Source of the DNA: a bacterium BMS3Bbin13
GTDB taxonomy: Bacteria > Pseudomonadota > Gammaproteobacteria > 21-64-14
Assembly: GCA_002897735.1 (NCBI GenBank)
Contig: BDTW01000021.1
Coordinates: 2,293 to 66,292, forward strand
DNA: 64,000 nucleotides
Direction: 5' to 3'
Made by a program: the position numbers and the translations under genes. The notes under the pieces are model-generated. The model had not been told where the DNA came from and searched no databases. It saw nothing but the letters and a program-made list of their open reading frames with translations. Below are positions 1 to 9,551 of this stretch, piece by piece. The first letter of the stretch is position 1. Every line of letters begins with the position of its first letter.

Positions 1-449
1 TGAAAGCTCGAGTGCGGCCAGTCGCGCACCCGATCCACCCACCCGTGTTTCACCGGGTTGTAGTGGATGTAGTCGACGTGCCGTGTGAGGTCCGCCTCGT
101 CGCGCACGGTGTGCTCCCAGTAGCGCCGCTGCCAAAGGTCATACTCCCCTTTCGCATTCCGCGGCCTCACCCTGCCCGCCTTCGCCAAGCTGCGCGTGAA
201 ACGGCTCTTCACCACCCACCAACGGCCGGCATAGTCGTCGTCTCCCGGCGGCAAGGTCCATACCGCATGCAGATGGTCCGGCAGCACCACCATCGCGTCC
301 ACGACGAAAGGTCGTGCCCGCATCGCGGCCCGCAGGACCCCGCGTAACACGTCGATATGATCGACCAGCGTGGATGCCCCCCGATCGCGCAGGGTTACGG
401 TGAAGAAATAGGTGCCGCCGGCAACGCGGCAGCGGCGATATCGGACCAT
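1..449 (-). mobile_element. REP-associated tyrosine transposase (RAYT/TnpA-REP, HUH Y1), 3' end outside window
   Basis: Manual translation from ATG at 449 (SD AAGGAGG upstream): MVRYRRCRVAGGTYFFTVTL...LPDHLHAVW...LWQRRYWEHTVRDEADLTRHVDYIHYNPVKHG. HUH and catalytic Tyr motifs present; adjacent to a REP array; missing from ORF track because it runs off the window. Confidence 0.93.
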
Positions 450-507
450 CCGTGATCCCCTCCTTGGCTCGCCGCGAACATCCGAGGCGCGCCTTTTGGC
501 GAAGTTG

Positions 508-1277
508 TCCCTGGATTTCGCTTCGCTGCATCCAGGCTACATATGCTACATATGCCGATGGTGGCCTGGATGCAGGCCGCAGGCCGAAATCCGGGGATCA
601 CGGTGCCGAGAGAAAACCCGTCCCCGGATTGCGCTTCGCTCCATCCAGGCCACATATGCCGATGGTAGCCTGGATGCAGGCCGAAGGCCGAAATCCGGGG
701 ATCGCGGTGCCGGGAGAAACCTCGTCCCCGGATTGCGCTTCGCTCCATCCAGGCTACAGATGCCGATGGTGGCCTGGATACAGGCCGCAGGCCGAAATCC
801 GGGGATCACGGCGCCGGGAGAAATCCCGTCCCCGGATTGCGCTTCGCTCCATCCAGGCTACATATGCCGATGGTAGCCTGGATGCAGGCCGCAGGCCGAA
901 ATCCGGGAATCACGGCGCCGGGAGAAACCTCGTCCCCGGATTGCGCTTCGCTCCATCCAGGCTACATATGCCGATGGTGGCCTGGATGCAGGCCGCAGGC
1001 CGAAATCCGGGGATCACGGCGCCGGGAGAAACCTCGCCCCCGGATTGCGCTTCGCTCCATCCAGGCCACAGATGCCGATGGTAGCCTGGATACAGGCCGA
1101 AGGCCGAAATCCGGGGATCGCGGTGCCGGGAGAAACCCCGTCCCCGGATTGCGCTTCGCTCCATCCAGGCTACAGATGCCGATGGTAGCCTGGATGCAGG
1201 CCGAAGGCCGAAATCCGGGGATCGCGGTGCCGGGAGAAACCTCGTCCCCGGATTGCGCTTCGCTCCATCCAGGCTAC
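508..1277. repeat. REP/BIME-like tandem array: one lone REP plus 7 x 104-bp units
   Basis: Units start at 561, 665, 769, 873, 977, 1081, 1185. Each is REP-A (GTRGCCTGGATRCAGGCCGMAGGCCGAAATCCGGGR, 36 nt) + 25-nt spacer + inverted REP-B (32 nt) + 11-nt linker (last unit lacks the linker). Confidence 0.95.
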
Positions 1278-1320
1278 ATCAGAGACCGGCGTTTTCTGGT
1301 CGCCGGTCTTCCGGCCACTC

Positions 1321-3036
1321 TCACGTTACCGAATCCAGGTAGCCCTCCCGCAGCAGGAAGAGAAAGATCTCCTGCGCCGCTTCGACCGGGCTCAGGTCGG
1401 TGGTGTCGAGCCGGATCTCGGGGTGCTCGGGGACCTCGTAGGGATCGCTGATGCCGGTGAATTCGGGGATGAGGCCCTTGCGTGCCTTCTCGTAGAGACC
1501 CTTGCGGTCGCGCGCCTCGCAGACTTCGAGCGGGGTGGCGACGTGGATCTCGATGAAGGCGCCGTGCCCGGCGATGCATTCGCGCACGGCGCGGCGGGTG
1601 GCGGCGTAGGGGGCGATCGGGGCGCAGAGGGCGACGCCGCCGTTCTTGGTGATCTCGCTCGCGACGAAGCCGATGCGGCGCACGTTGAGGTCGCGGTGGG
1701 CGCGTGAGAAACCGAGTTCGCTGGAGAGGTTGCGGCGCACGATGTCGCCGTCGAGGAGCGTCACGGGGCGCCCGCCGGCCTCGACGAGTTTGGCGTAAAT
1801 GAGCTTGGCGAGGGTCGACTTGCCGGCGCCGGACAGGCCGGTGAAGAACAGGGTGAAGCCCTGGCGGCTGCGCGGGGGGTAGACGCGACGCAGTTCGTCG
1901 ATCACCTCGGGGTAACTGAACCAGTCGGGGATCTCCTCGTCGGCGCTCAGGCGCCTGCGCAGTTCTTCCTCACCGAGGTCAGAGGCGGTCTCGCCGTCGC
2001 GCTCGATGACGCTCGCCGGCAGGTAGCACCCACGGCGCGGCACGTAGCGCAGTTCCTCGACGGGGACGGGACGGAGGGCGAGTTCGGATTCGTGGCGGGC
2101 GAGGAGTTCCTGCGCGGCGAGGGGTTCGTAGAAGCGCCCGTCGGGGGCGGGGGCGCCGTGGTAAGGCTCGATCAGCAGGTGGGAGCAGCCGTGGTTCTGG
2201 TGGACGATCGCGTGCCACAGGGCCGAGCGCGGCCCGGCTTGGCGCCGGGCGAGGGGGAGTAACGAGAGCGCAACCAGGCCGTGCGGGAAACGCCCGCGCA
2301 CGGCCTGGTAGCCGCGCACGCGCGCGTAGTAGTGCAGGTCGCCGGGGGTGGTGACGCCGACGGCGGGATGCAGCAGGACGTGGGCCTGGGTCTCCTTCGC
2401 GGCGGCGAGCACGATCTCGCGCTCGCGGCGATGGATCGGGCCGGGGGGCTGGAAGGCGAGCACTTGCCGCCAGCCCAGGCGGGCGAAGAGCCGGCGCAGT
2501 TTCTCGGGCGTGTCCCAGAGGTTCTCGAAGTCGTAGTGCGCAGGCGGCTCGATGCCCTCGACGGGGCCCCCGACATAGGTGTCGTGGACCTGCTCGTAGA
2601 GGTAGCGCACGCCGGGGTGTGCGTCGGAGGTCGTGCCGTAGACGGCCTCGGCCTCGCGGCGCTTGTCGGGGCGCCAGACGTCGCCGACGCTCAACAAGGC
2701 GTGGGTGAAGCCTTCGGGATCCTGCAGGGCCAGGCGCTCGCCGGCGGTCAGGCCCTCGGCGAGCGCGTCGGGCACGTCGAGGGTGACGGGGATCGGCCAG
2801 AGCAGGCCCGATTCCAGGCGCATCGTGTCGAGCACGGATTCGTAGTCGGCGCGCCCGAGGAAGCCGCGCAGCGGGGAGAAGCCGCCGTTGAGGAGCAGGT
2901 CGAGGTCCGAGATCTGGCGCGGGGAGAGTACGACCGCGCGGATCGCGCGCGCTTCTCCTTTGAGCCGCTCGACGCTCTCCGGGGCGGCGAGCTGCCGGCA
3001 CAGGGTGCCGCCGTGAGGGGGAATCAAGAAGTCCAT
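1321..3036 (-). CDS. cysC: Sat-CysC fusion: ATP sulfurylase-like domain (degenerate) plus APS kinase
   Basis: N-terminal NGGFSPLRGF and GLLWPIPVTLDV; C-terminal P-loop FFTGLSGAGKST, LDGDIVR, FTGISDPYE. Confidence 0.9.
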   Translation of the reverse strand: MDFLIPPHGGTLCRQLAAPESVERLKGEARAIRAVVLSPRQISDLDLLLNGGFSPLRGFLGRADYESVLDTMRLESGLLWPIPVTLDVPDALAEGLTAGERLALQDPEGFTHALLSVGDVWRPDKRREAEAVYGTTSDAHPGVRYLYEQVHDTYVGGPVEGIEPPAHYDFENLWDTPEKLRRLFARLGWRQVLAFQPPGPIHRREREIVLAAAKETQAHVLLHPAVGVTTPGDLHYYARVRGYQAVRGRFPHGLVALSLLPLARRQAGPRSALWHAIVHQNHGCSHLLIEPYHGAPAPDGRFYEPLAAQELLARHESELALRPVPVEELRYVPRRGCYLPASVIERDGETASDLGEEELRRRLSADEEIPDWFSYPEVIDELRRVYPPRSRQGFTLFFTGLSGAGKSTLAKLIYAKLVEAGGRPVTLLDGDIVRRNLSSELGFSRAHRDLNVRRIGFVASEITKNGGVALCAPIAPYAATRRAVRECIAGHGAFIEIHVATPLEVCEARDRKGLYEKARKGLIPEFTGISDPYEVPEHPEIRLDTTDLSPVEAAQEIFLFLLREGYLDSVT

Positions 3037-3230
3037 GCCGGGAGTCGCCGCAGAGTCCCCATGTAACCGTATGTTTTTAGGTTGTTATTCTTGATGGTGG
3101 ATGATCGGGATTCTACCCCGGAAAGAGGCCCCGCCGCAATGTGCGGGACCGGGAGCCTGTCCGGGCCATCGTGGCGCTACGGTGTCCGCCCGGGGTGGGG
3201 GAGGAAATCGGAAGTTCAGACAAAGCATCG

Positions 3231-4253
3231 TTAGCCGGAAACATGAAACTGCACGGCCTCACGCAGCAGCGGCAGACTTTTCACACGATACCGGTAATGA
3301 AGGTGTTTTTCGGAAACAGGGTCCACCGTGGCCAGACCAAAAAACCCGGCAAAATACCCGAGCGTGCGCCGGGTGTAGCAGGTGCGCACTTCCTCCTCCG
3401 GGGTAAACACCGAGTCCGGCGGCACTTCGTCCAGCAGCACGGGGAAGGCGCGCAGAAAACTGTCTTCATAGAATTCATGTGGCAACCAGTTTTCACCGTA
3501 AAGCGTCAGCAGATAGAGCGTGAAAAGAAATGTCGCCTGAATGAAACGAAGTTCAACGCGACGATCGCGATAGGCCCAGTTGAATTGTTCGACATAGGCC
3601 CTGAAAAGCCGCGGGTAGATGGCTGCCGGACCTTCCCCGGCCAGTAATGCACGGCAGTCGCGGCCGAGGATGAATCTGCCCTTATGTTTTCGGATCAATC
3701 CGGCCAGTTCGGCGACCAGGCGGGTGATATGCAGATCGGGGAAGTCGTACTCACGGTTGATACCGCCAAGCCGCGTATTTTCCCGGTAGGCCGTTTCTCC
3801 CCAGTAGGCCAAGGCGGCCTCCCGGCAGAATTTCTGCGGCAGATTCCCCTTGGCGGTCGGTTTCAATCCCTGCTCGCCGATGGTTTCCGTCAGCAGGCTG
3901 AAAAGGGTCAGTATCGGTGCCTTCGGGTTTGTGTCGAGTATCGCGGGGAATCGGATCACTTCCGGCGATGCAAACGGGAAGTGCAGCATGCGGTGCATCT
4001 GTTCCGGAGACAGACCATGAAACTCATCGACCGGCGTCTGATTTCGTTGTTGCGTATGGTGCTCGATAAATTCCTGGACCTCGGAAAGTGAGGTGAATTG
4101 CCTGCCCTCCAGTGCCTGGCGCAGTTCCGCGGACGCCCCCGTGCCCCCGCGGCCGGATGTGCCAAGTCCATCTTTCCCCAGACAGCATCCCTTGAATTTT
4201 TTCCCACTACCGCAGGGGCAGGGGTCGTTGCGGCCGGTAACCGGTATTTTCAT
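3231..4253 (-). CDS. SEC-C metal-binding motif protein, otherwise hypothetical
   Basis: N-terminal GRNDPCPCGSGKKFKGCC; AT-richer than neighbours. Confidence 0.8.
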   Translation of the reverse strand: MKIPVTGRNDPCPCGSGKKFKGCCLGKDGLGTSGRGGTGASAELRQALEGRQFTSLSEVQEFIEHHTQQRNQTPVDEFHGLSPEQMHRMLHFPFASPEVIRFPAILDTNPKAPILTLFSLLTETIGEQGLKPTAKGNLPQKFCREAALAYWGETAYRENTRLGGINREYDFPDLHITRLVAELAGLIRKHKGRFILGRDCRALLAGEGPAAIYPRLFRAYVEQFNWAYRDRRVELRFIQATFLFTLYLLTLYGENWLPHEFYEDSFLRAFPVLLDEVPPDSVFTPEEEVRTCYTRRTLGYFAGFFGLATVDPVSEKHLHYRYRVKSLPLLREAVQFHVSG

Positions 4254-4450
4254 GGCGCCTCCGGGGCAGGCTTGGCCACGATTCTCGCATCGACAAGGCG
4301 GACAATAAAGAGGGACATGCCGCGCTCAACGCCAAGGCCCGCACGCAGGGCCTCGGCCGCGACGGCGCAAGCGCACCGGGGTCGTGTGGTGCATCAGGGC
4401 TGTCTTGCGCGACCGTTCCCTCCAGGCGTTTATGGCCCGGCCGTGCCGCT

Positions 4451-5755
4451 CTATCTGTGACGATGGGCGGTATAGCCTCCGGACGACTCACGCCGGGCGG
4501 CCACCGGTCTTTTGGCCGGCGACCTGCCGCGGCTACGGGCTTCGGTCTGTTTGCGGGGCTGGGATCGACCCTTGCCGTTGCGCCCCGTCTGGATGGGCTC
4601 CGCCCGGATGCTGGGATCCGGCTCATACCCTTCCAGGACCACCTTGGAGATCTCGCGTTTCAACAGCCGCTCGATATCCCGCAGCAGTTTGTGTTCGTCC
4701 ACGCAGACCAGGGAGGTCGCCGCACCCTCGTTTCCGGCGCGACCGGTGCGGCCAATGCGGTGCACATAGTCCTCCGGCACGTTGGGCAGTTCGTAGTTCA
4801 CCACGTGGGGCAGCTGATTGATGTCCAGGCCGCGCGCGGCGATATCGGTGGCTACCAGCACCCGCACCTCCCCGCTCTTGAACCCGGCCAACGCGCGGGT
4901 ACGAGCCCCCTGGCTCTTGTTGCCATGGATGGCGGAGGCGCGCAGACCGTCATTCTCCAACTGCTGAGCCAGGCGGTTGGCGCCGTGTTTGGTGCGAGTG
5001 AATACCAGCACCTGGCGCCAGTTGCGCGAACCGATCATGTGGCTGAGCAGTTCCTGTTTGCGGCACTTGTCCACCGGGTGAACCACCTGCTCGATCCGCT
5101 CCGCGGTAGCGTTGCGGCGTGCCACTTCGATCAACTTGGGACGATTGAGCAGGCGCCCGGCGAGCTGTTTGATCTCATCGGAGAAGGTGGCGGAGAACAG
5201 CAGGTTCTGGCGGACGTTGTTCTCGGGCAGCAGGGCAAGCAGCTTGCGGATATCGTGGATGAAACCCATATCCAGCATCCGGTCGGCTTCATCGAGCACC
5301 AGGATTTCGATCTGCGACAGATTCACCGTCCTCTGACTGACGTGATCCAGCAGTCTGCCGGGTGTGGCCACGAGGATGTCGACGCCCCGCCGCAGTCTTT
5401 CTATCTGCGGATTGATCTTGACCCCGCCGAAGACCACGGTCGATCGCAGCGGCAGGTGACGACCGTAGATCTTCATGCTGTCGCTTACCTGGGCGGCCAA
5501 CTCCCGGGTCGGGGTGAGGATCAGGGCCCGAATCGGGCGCCGACCGTTCTTTGGAGGATTCGTGCTCAGCCGCTGCAACAACGGCAGAGCGAAGCCGGCC
5601 GTCTTGCCGGTTCCGGTCTGGGCGCCGGCCATGACATCTTGGCCCTCCAGAATGAGGGGGATCGCCTTGCGCTGGATAGGGGTGGGTTCGCTGTAGCCTT
5701 GTTCGCCGATGGCACGCAGAAGTTCAGCCGACAGGCCGAGGGTATCAAATGACAT
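4451..5755 (-). CDS. rhlE: DEAD-box RNA helicase RhlE
   Basis: [31 protein letters not shown] motifs; RhlE-like C-terminal YEPDPSI. Confidence 0.92.
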   Translation of the reverse strand: MSFDTLGLSAELLRAIGEQGYSEPTPIQRKAIPLILEGQDVMAGAQTGTGKTAGFALPLLQRLSTNPPKNGRRPIRALILTPTRELAAQVSDSMKIYGRHLPLRSTVVFGGVKINPQIERLRRGVDILVATPGRLLDHVSQRTVNLSQIEILVLDEADRMLDMGFIHDIRKLLALLPENNVRQNLLFSATFSDEIKQLAGRLLNRPKLIEVARRNATAERIEQVVHPVDKCRKQELLSHMIGSRNWRQVLVFTRTKHGANRLAQQLENDGLRASAIHGNKSQGARTRALAGFKSGEVRVLVATDIAARGLDINQLPHVVNYELPNVPEDYVHRIGRTGRAGNEGAATSLVCVDEHKLLRDIERLLKREISKVVLEGYEPDPSIRAEPIQTGRNGKGRSQPRKQTEARSRGRSPAKRPVAARRESSGGYTAHRHR

Positions 5756-6245
5756 TGGGTTATTTACTCCAGTCTTGCCCTCCCAGCGGCAGCCGGTTCG
5801 GGCTGGCTGGATAAGGGAATTCTTTGATTAAGCGGGAGGTCCTGAATGTAGGAGGACGAACAGCCCAAAGAGTTTCTCCGGCGAACTCGATGTCACAACG
5901 GATACTCATCCGGTCCGGGCGCGCGGGAACCCGGCAGTATACCAGAAATCCGGCCGGAACCTTCCTTCCAATGGAGTCGGATTCGATTGGTTTTGTATTT
6001 CTCCGATACTGCCGGCAGGCTTTGGCCCGCCTTACCGGGATGCTTACATACAAAGCAAAGCCCCAGAATTTTACTACACCCCAAAATTCCCTCTCGCACC
6101 ACCTATGCCACGGTATCCGGCGTGGACCACGCGATGGCAGCCCGGCGCACGCTGAGCGGGGCGCTTCGCCCAGGTCCCTTTCAGGTCTTTTCAATACAGG
6201 GACGAGCCTGAGCGAGGGCGTGTGAGTGCGCCCTGCCGGGCGCAC

Positions 6246-6273
6246 AAAAAAAACGGGGCCCGAAGGCCCCGTT
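6246..6273 (-). terminator. Rho-independent terminator of porin gene
   Basis: Minus strand CGGGGCC-TTCG-GGCCCCG followed by T8. Confidence 0.9.
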
Positions 6274-6296
6274 CGGATCGAACCCGCGAGCGCGGA

Positions 6297-7439
6297 TCAG
6301 AAGCTGTGGGCCATGCCGATGGTGAGCAGGTCCTGGTGCTTGAAGCCGACCGCCTCGGTGTTGGCCGCGACGCGCGCCCACCCGCCGTAGACATAGGTGC
6401 GGCGGCTGAAGGCGTACTTACCGCCGATCAGGTAGGCGGTCTCGTCGTTGTTCTGGTTGATCCCCTTCACGCGCGACAGGCCGCCCTGGCCGTACTCGAC
6501 GACGACCATCCCACGGCCCATCTTGTAGGAGCCGCCGAGGAACCACGTGTTGGCCTTCCCGGCATTGGCATTGGAAGTCGTGTACTTCACACCGACATCA
6601 CCAAAACTCCGGGTGATCAGGCCATTGTCCTTTTCGAACTGGCCGAACAGCGCGGCACCCGCGTAGCTGAACTTGCCGCCGATCTTCCACGCCGAGTCAT
6701 TGCCGCCGTGGCTGTTCGTGATGTAGCTCGCGAAGCCCAGGATCGGACCCTGGTGATACACCATCGCCAAGCTGTACGGATCGTCGTTGGCCGTTGAGGT
6801 ATTGGAATGCAGCGTGTAGGTGCCGATCAGCTTCGCGCCCATCATGGACGGGGAATCGTAGCGGATCGTGCGGTTGGCGCGGCCCTGGCCGTCCTCGCCC
6901 GCGCCCTTCTGCAGCGGCGACTCCATTCCGAGGTTACGTGCCTGGAGCGAGGTGCGCCACAACGGATCGACCATCTTGCCGGTCTGTTTGTAGGAAGTGG
7001 TGACGGTGCCGAACCGGACGATGCCCATGCCGGCGCTCTTCAGGCCGATCCACATGTCGCGGCCCTTCCACGCATCCTTGGAACCCCCGCCGTTTCCGAT
7101 GTAACCACCCATCTTCCCCCGGTTGCCACCGCCGGACACCGTCGGGTCGAGCTGCCACTCCAACTGATAGATGGCCTTCAGCCCACCACCGAGCGCTTCG
7201 GAGCCCTTGACGCCGACCGCGGTCTGGTTGCTGTCGAGGTCGATGTTGTGGCCGCGGTTGATCTTGGCGCCGCGGAACTTGGCGGAAACCCCCGTGAAGT
7301 TCTGGGCCGAGGTCTGCGTGTCCCATGCATCCACGCTCAGATTGACCTTTCCATAGACGACGGTCGCCGCTCGCGCGGCGCCGAGCGGGGCCGCGGCAGC
7401 CGCAGCCACCGACAGCGCGATCAGCAGTTTTTTGTTCAT
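6297..7439 (-). CDS. Trimeric Gram-negative porin
   Basis: Signal peptide, VYGKVNLSVD, GVKGSEALGGGLKAIYQLE, C-terminal IGMAHSF. Confidence 0.9.
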   Translation of the reverse strand: MNKKLLIALSVAAAAAAPLGAARAATVVYGKVNLSVDAWDTQTSAQNFTGVSAKFRGAKINRGHNIDLDSNQTAVGVKGSEALGGGLKAIYQLEWQLDPTVSGGGNRGKMGGYIGNGGGSKDAWKGRDMWIGLKSAGMGIVRFGTVTTSYKQTGKMVDPLWRTSLQARNLGMESPLQKGAGEDGQGRANRTIRYDSPSMMGAKLIGTYTLHSNTSTANDDPYSLAMVYHQGPILGFASYITNSHGGNDSAWKIGGKFSYAGAALFGQFEKDNGLITRSFGDVGVKYTTSNANAGKANTWFLGGSYKMGRGMVVVEYGQGGLSRVKGINQNNDETAYLIGGKYAFSRRTYVYGGWARVAANTEAVGFKHQDLLTIGMAHSF

Positions 7440-7599
7440 CAGAATGCTCTCCCTCTCCGGAAAGTGGTGGTTGGACGCGGGTTACTGTACGAAGACCATC
7501 ATCAAAATGCAACAGTTTCCAGGGGCTGGCCACATTCCTTCATGTGTTGCAGCGAGACAACGCGGGCCCGGAGCGGCCACCCGGGCGGGCGTGAGGGAT

Positions 7600-7673
7600 T
7601 GGCTGGGGGACGTGGATTCGAACCACGGTTGGCGGAGTCAGAGTCCGCTGTCCTACCACTAGACGATCCCCCA
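7600..7673 (-). tRNA. tRNA-Gln(CTG)
   Basis: TGGGGGATCGTCTAGTGGTAGGACAGCGGACTCTGACTCCGCCAACCGTGGTTCGAATCCACGTCCCCCAGCCA: cloverleaf, T-loop GTTCGAAT, encoded CCA. Confidence 0.96.
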
Positions 7674-7779
7674 AAAGAACTTGGGCGCCCGCCCCGCGTG
7701 TCAGCGGCACTCCCCGCCGCGCGACGGGCGCGTAACCCGCGACTCCCGGCCGCGGGGCGACCGCAGGGGGGCGGCGCGC

Positions 7780-8181
7780 TCAGCGCTTGGAGTATTGGGG
7801 CGCCTTGCGGGCCTTGTGCAACCCGACCTTCTTGCGCTCGACCTTGCGCGCGTCCCGGGTCAGGAAACCGGCCTTGCGCAGCACTCCGCGAAGCCCTTCG
7901 TCATGGGCCAGCAGCGCGCGCGCCAGCGCATGGCGGATCGCACCCGCCTGCCCGGTCCCGCCGCCGCCGCGGACTACGGCGTGGACGTCGAAGCGCGTGG
8001 CGAGATCGGCGGCCTCGAGCGGCTGGCGGACCACCATGCGCGCGGTCTCACGCCCGAAATACTCATCCAGCGAGCGGCGGTTGACGAGGATCCGACCGCT
8101 GCCGGGCTTGAGATACACTCGCGCCGTCGAGGTCTTGCGCCGCCCGGTACTATATACCGCCTGTTCCGCCTGTTGCGCCAT
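7780..8181 (-). CDS. rpsI: 30S ribosomal protein S9
   Basis: [12 protein letters not shown]; C-terminal [11 protein letters not shown]. Confidence 0.98.
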   Translation of the reverse strand: MAQQAEQAVYSTGRRKTSTARVYLKPGSGRILVNRRSLDEYFGRETARMVVRQPLEAADLATRFDVHAVVRGGGGTGQAGAIRHALARALLAHDEGLRGVLRKAGFLTRDARKVERKKVGLHKARKAPQYSKR

Positions 8182-8212
8182 CGTATCAATGGTCCTTGTC
8201 TGTCGGTAAGGG

Positions 8213-8641
8213 TTACAGATCCAGCGCCCGCGGCTGTTGGGCCGCGTGCTTGTGCTCGGGGCCGGGATACACCTTGAGCTTGCGCATCATCGCCCGGCCC
8301 AGGCTGTTCTTCGGCAGCATGCCGCGCACCGCGTGCTGGATGACGCGCTCGGGCGCCTTGTCCAGCAATTTACCCAGGGTGATCGACTTCAGGTTGCCGA
8401 TGTAGCCGGTATGGTGGTGATAGACCTTGTCGGTGCGCTTGGCCCCGGTGGTATGGATCTTCGCGGCGTTGACGACGACCAGGTAATCGCCGGTATCCAC
8501 GTGCGGCGTATACTCGACCTTGTGTTTGCCCCGCAGACGCCGCGCGAGTTCGGAGGCGAGCCGCCCCAGTGTCTTGCCCGCGGCATCCACAACGTACCAG
8601 TCGTGGACCACGCTCTCCGGTTTGGCTACAAAGGTCTTCAT
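8213..8641 (-). CDS. rplM: 50S ribosomal protein L13
   Basis: [23 protein letters not shown]; start moved to ATG 8641. Confidence 0.98.
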   Translation of the reverse strand: MKTFVAKPESVVHDWYVVDAAGKTLGRLASELARRLRGKHKVEYTPHVDTGDYLVVVNAAKIHTTGAKRTDKVYHHHTGYIGNLKSITLGKLLDKAPERVIQHAVRGMLPKNSLGRAMMRKLKVYPGPEHKHAAQQPRALDL

Positions 8642-8961
8642 ACGCCGCTCTCCCAAGGCACCGCCGCGTCCCGGCGCGCCGGGGCCGCGGAAAGGCACGG
8701 ATAGTACAAAAACGGAGCAGGACTTACAAGGACCGGACTTCGGGGACGTTAACCCGATGCCCCCCTCCGCCCCATTCTAAAATGTGCGGACATGGGGTCA
8801 GGCTTGACATATGGGCATTCGGGGACCCGCGCCCGACCGGGGAAAGAGGGTCGCTTAAATCACGATCTTCGCTTCTATCACTTCATAATCCGCTTGCACG
8901 CCGCCATCCCCGATGTCGAGCGACCCGGCGGCCGCCAGGGCCGGGACCGCCGGCGACGGGC

Positions 8962-9056
8962 AAAAAAATAGCGCGGCCTGTAGAGGCCGCGCTTAAACCA
9001 CCAAAGGAGGATGGAGGAGTCGCATGATCCCGGATTGCGGGGTCCAGAATCAGCGT
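8962..9056 (-). ncRNA. Candidate anti-SD sRNA resembling the betaproteobacterial toxic sRNA family
   Basis: Minus strand ACTCCTCCATCCTCCTTTGGTGGTTTAA followed by terminator GCGCGGCCT-CTAC-AGGCCGCGC-TATTTTTTT; TTGACT at 9091-9086; 5' end inferred. Confidence 0.6.
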
Positions 9057-9202
9057 ATGAGTATCTTCTAATATTCTGTCTCAATAGTCAACCCCCTCGC
9101 CGCAGCCATGACCGAAGGCCCGATTTTCGACGATTTCGGCAATGCGTCCGCCCCCTCACCGACGGGCATCGGCGCGGCCCATGTGGGCGCAATGGGCGGG
9201 AT

Positions 9203-9511
9203 TCAGATGCGCAGGCGCTCGACGGGTCGGCCGTGAAGCAGGTGCTCGTCGACGATCTCGTCGATATCCGCCGTATCGACATAGGTGTACCAGACCCCCT
9301 CGGGATAGACCACCAGCACGGGGCCCTCACTGCAGCGGTCCATGCATCCCGCCAGGTTGATGCGCACCCCGCCCGCGCCGCTCAGTCCAAGCGCCGCGAC
9401 CCGCTCCTTCGCGTAATCACGCAGCGCACGCGCGCCGTGGTCCTGGCAGCACGCGGCCCCGGACTCACGCTGGTTGGTGCAGAAAAAGACATGATATCGA
9501 TAGTACGACAT
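9203..9511 (-). CDS. Thioredoxin-like [2Fe-2S] ferredoxin
   Basis: HVFFCTNQR...CC...AGCMDRCSEGPVLVVYPEGVWY. Confidence 0.92.
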   Translation of the reverse strand: MSYYRYHVFFCTNQRESGAACCQDHGARALRDYAKERVAALGLSGAGGVRINLAGCMDRCSEGPVLVVYPEGVWYTYVDTADIDEIVDEHLLHGRPVERLRI

Positions 9512-9551
9512 AAGGCGGATTATTCCGGATCGTCACAAGGGACGCAAACGA

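Noticed and set aside
508-1277. CRISPR array
   Set aside because: Spacers are near-identical rather than unique, repeats alternate in orientation, no cas genes, and the GTAG palindromes sit next to a RAYT.
395-1451. ORFs across the REP array (e.g. 412-876, 452-1084, 837-1451)
   Set aside because: Translations of palindromic repeats in several frames with no protein motifs.
7600-7673. tRNA-Gln as an integration site for the AT-richer islet
   Set aside because: No integrase and no duplicated tRNA 3' end seen downstream.
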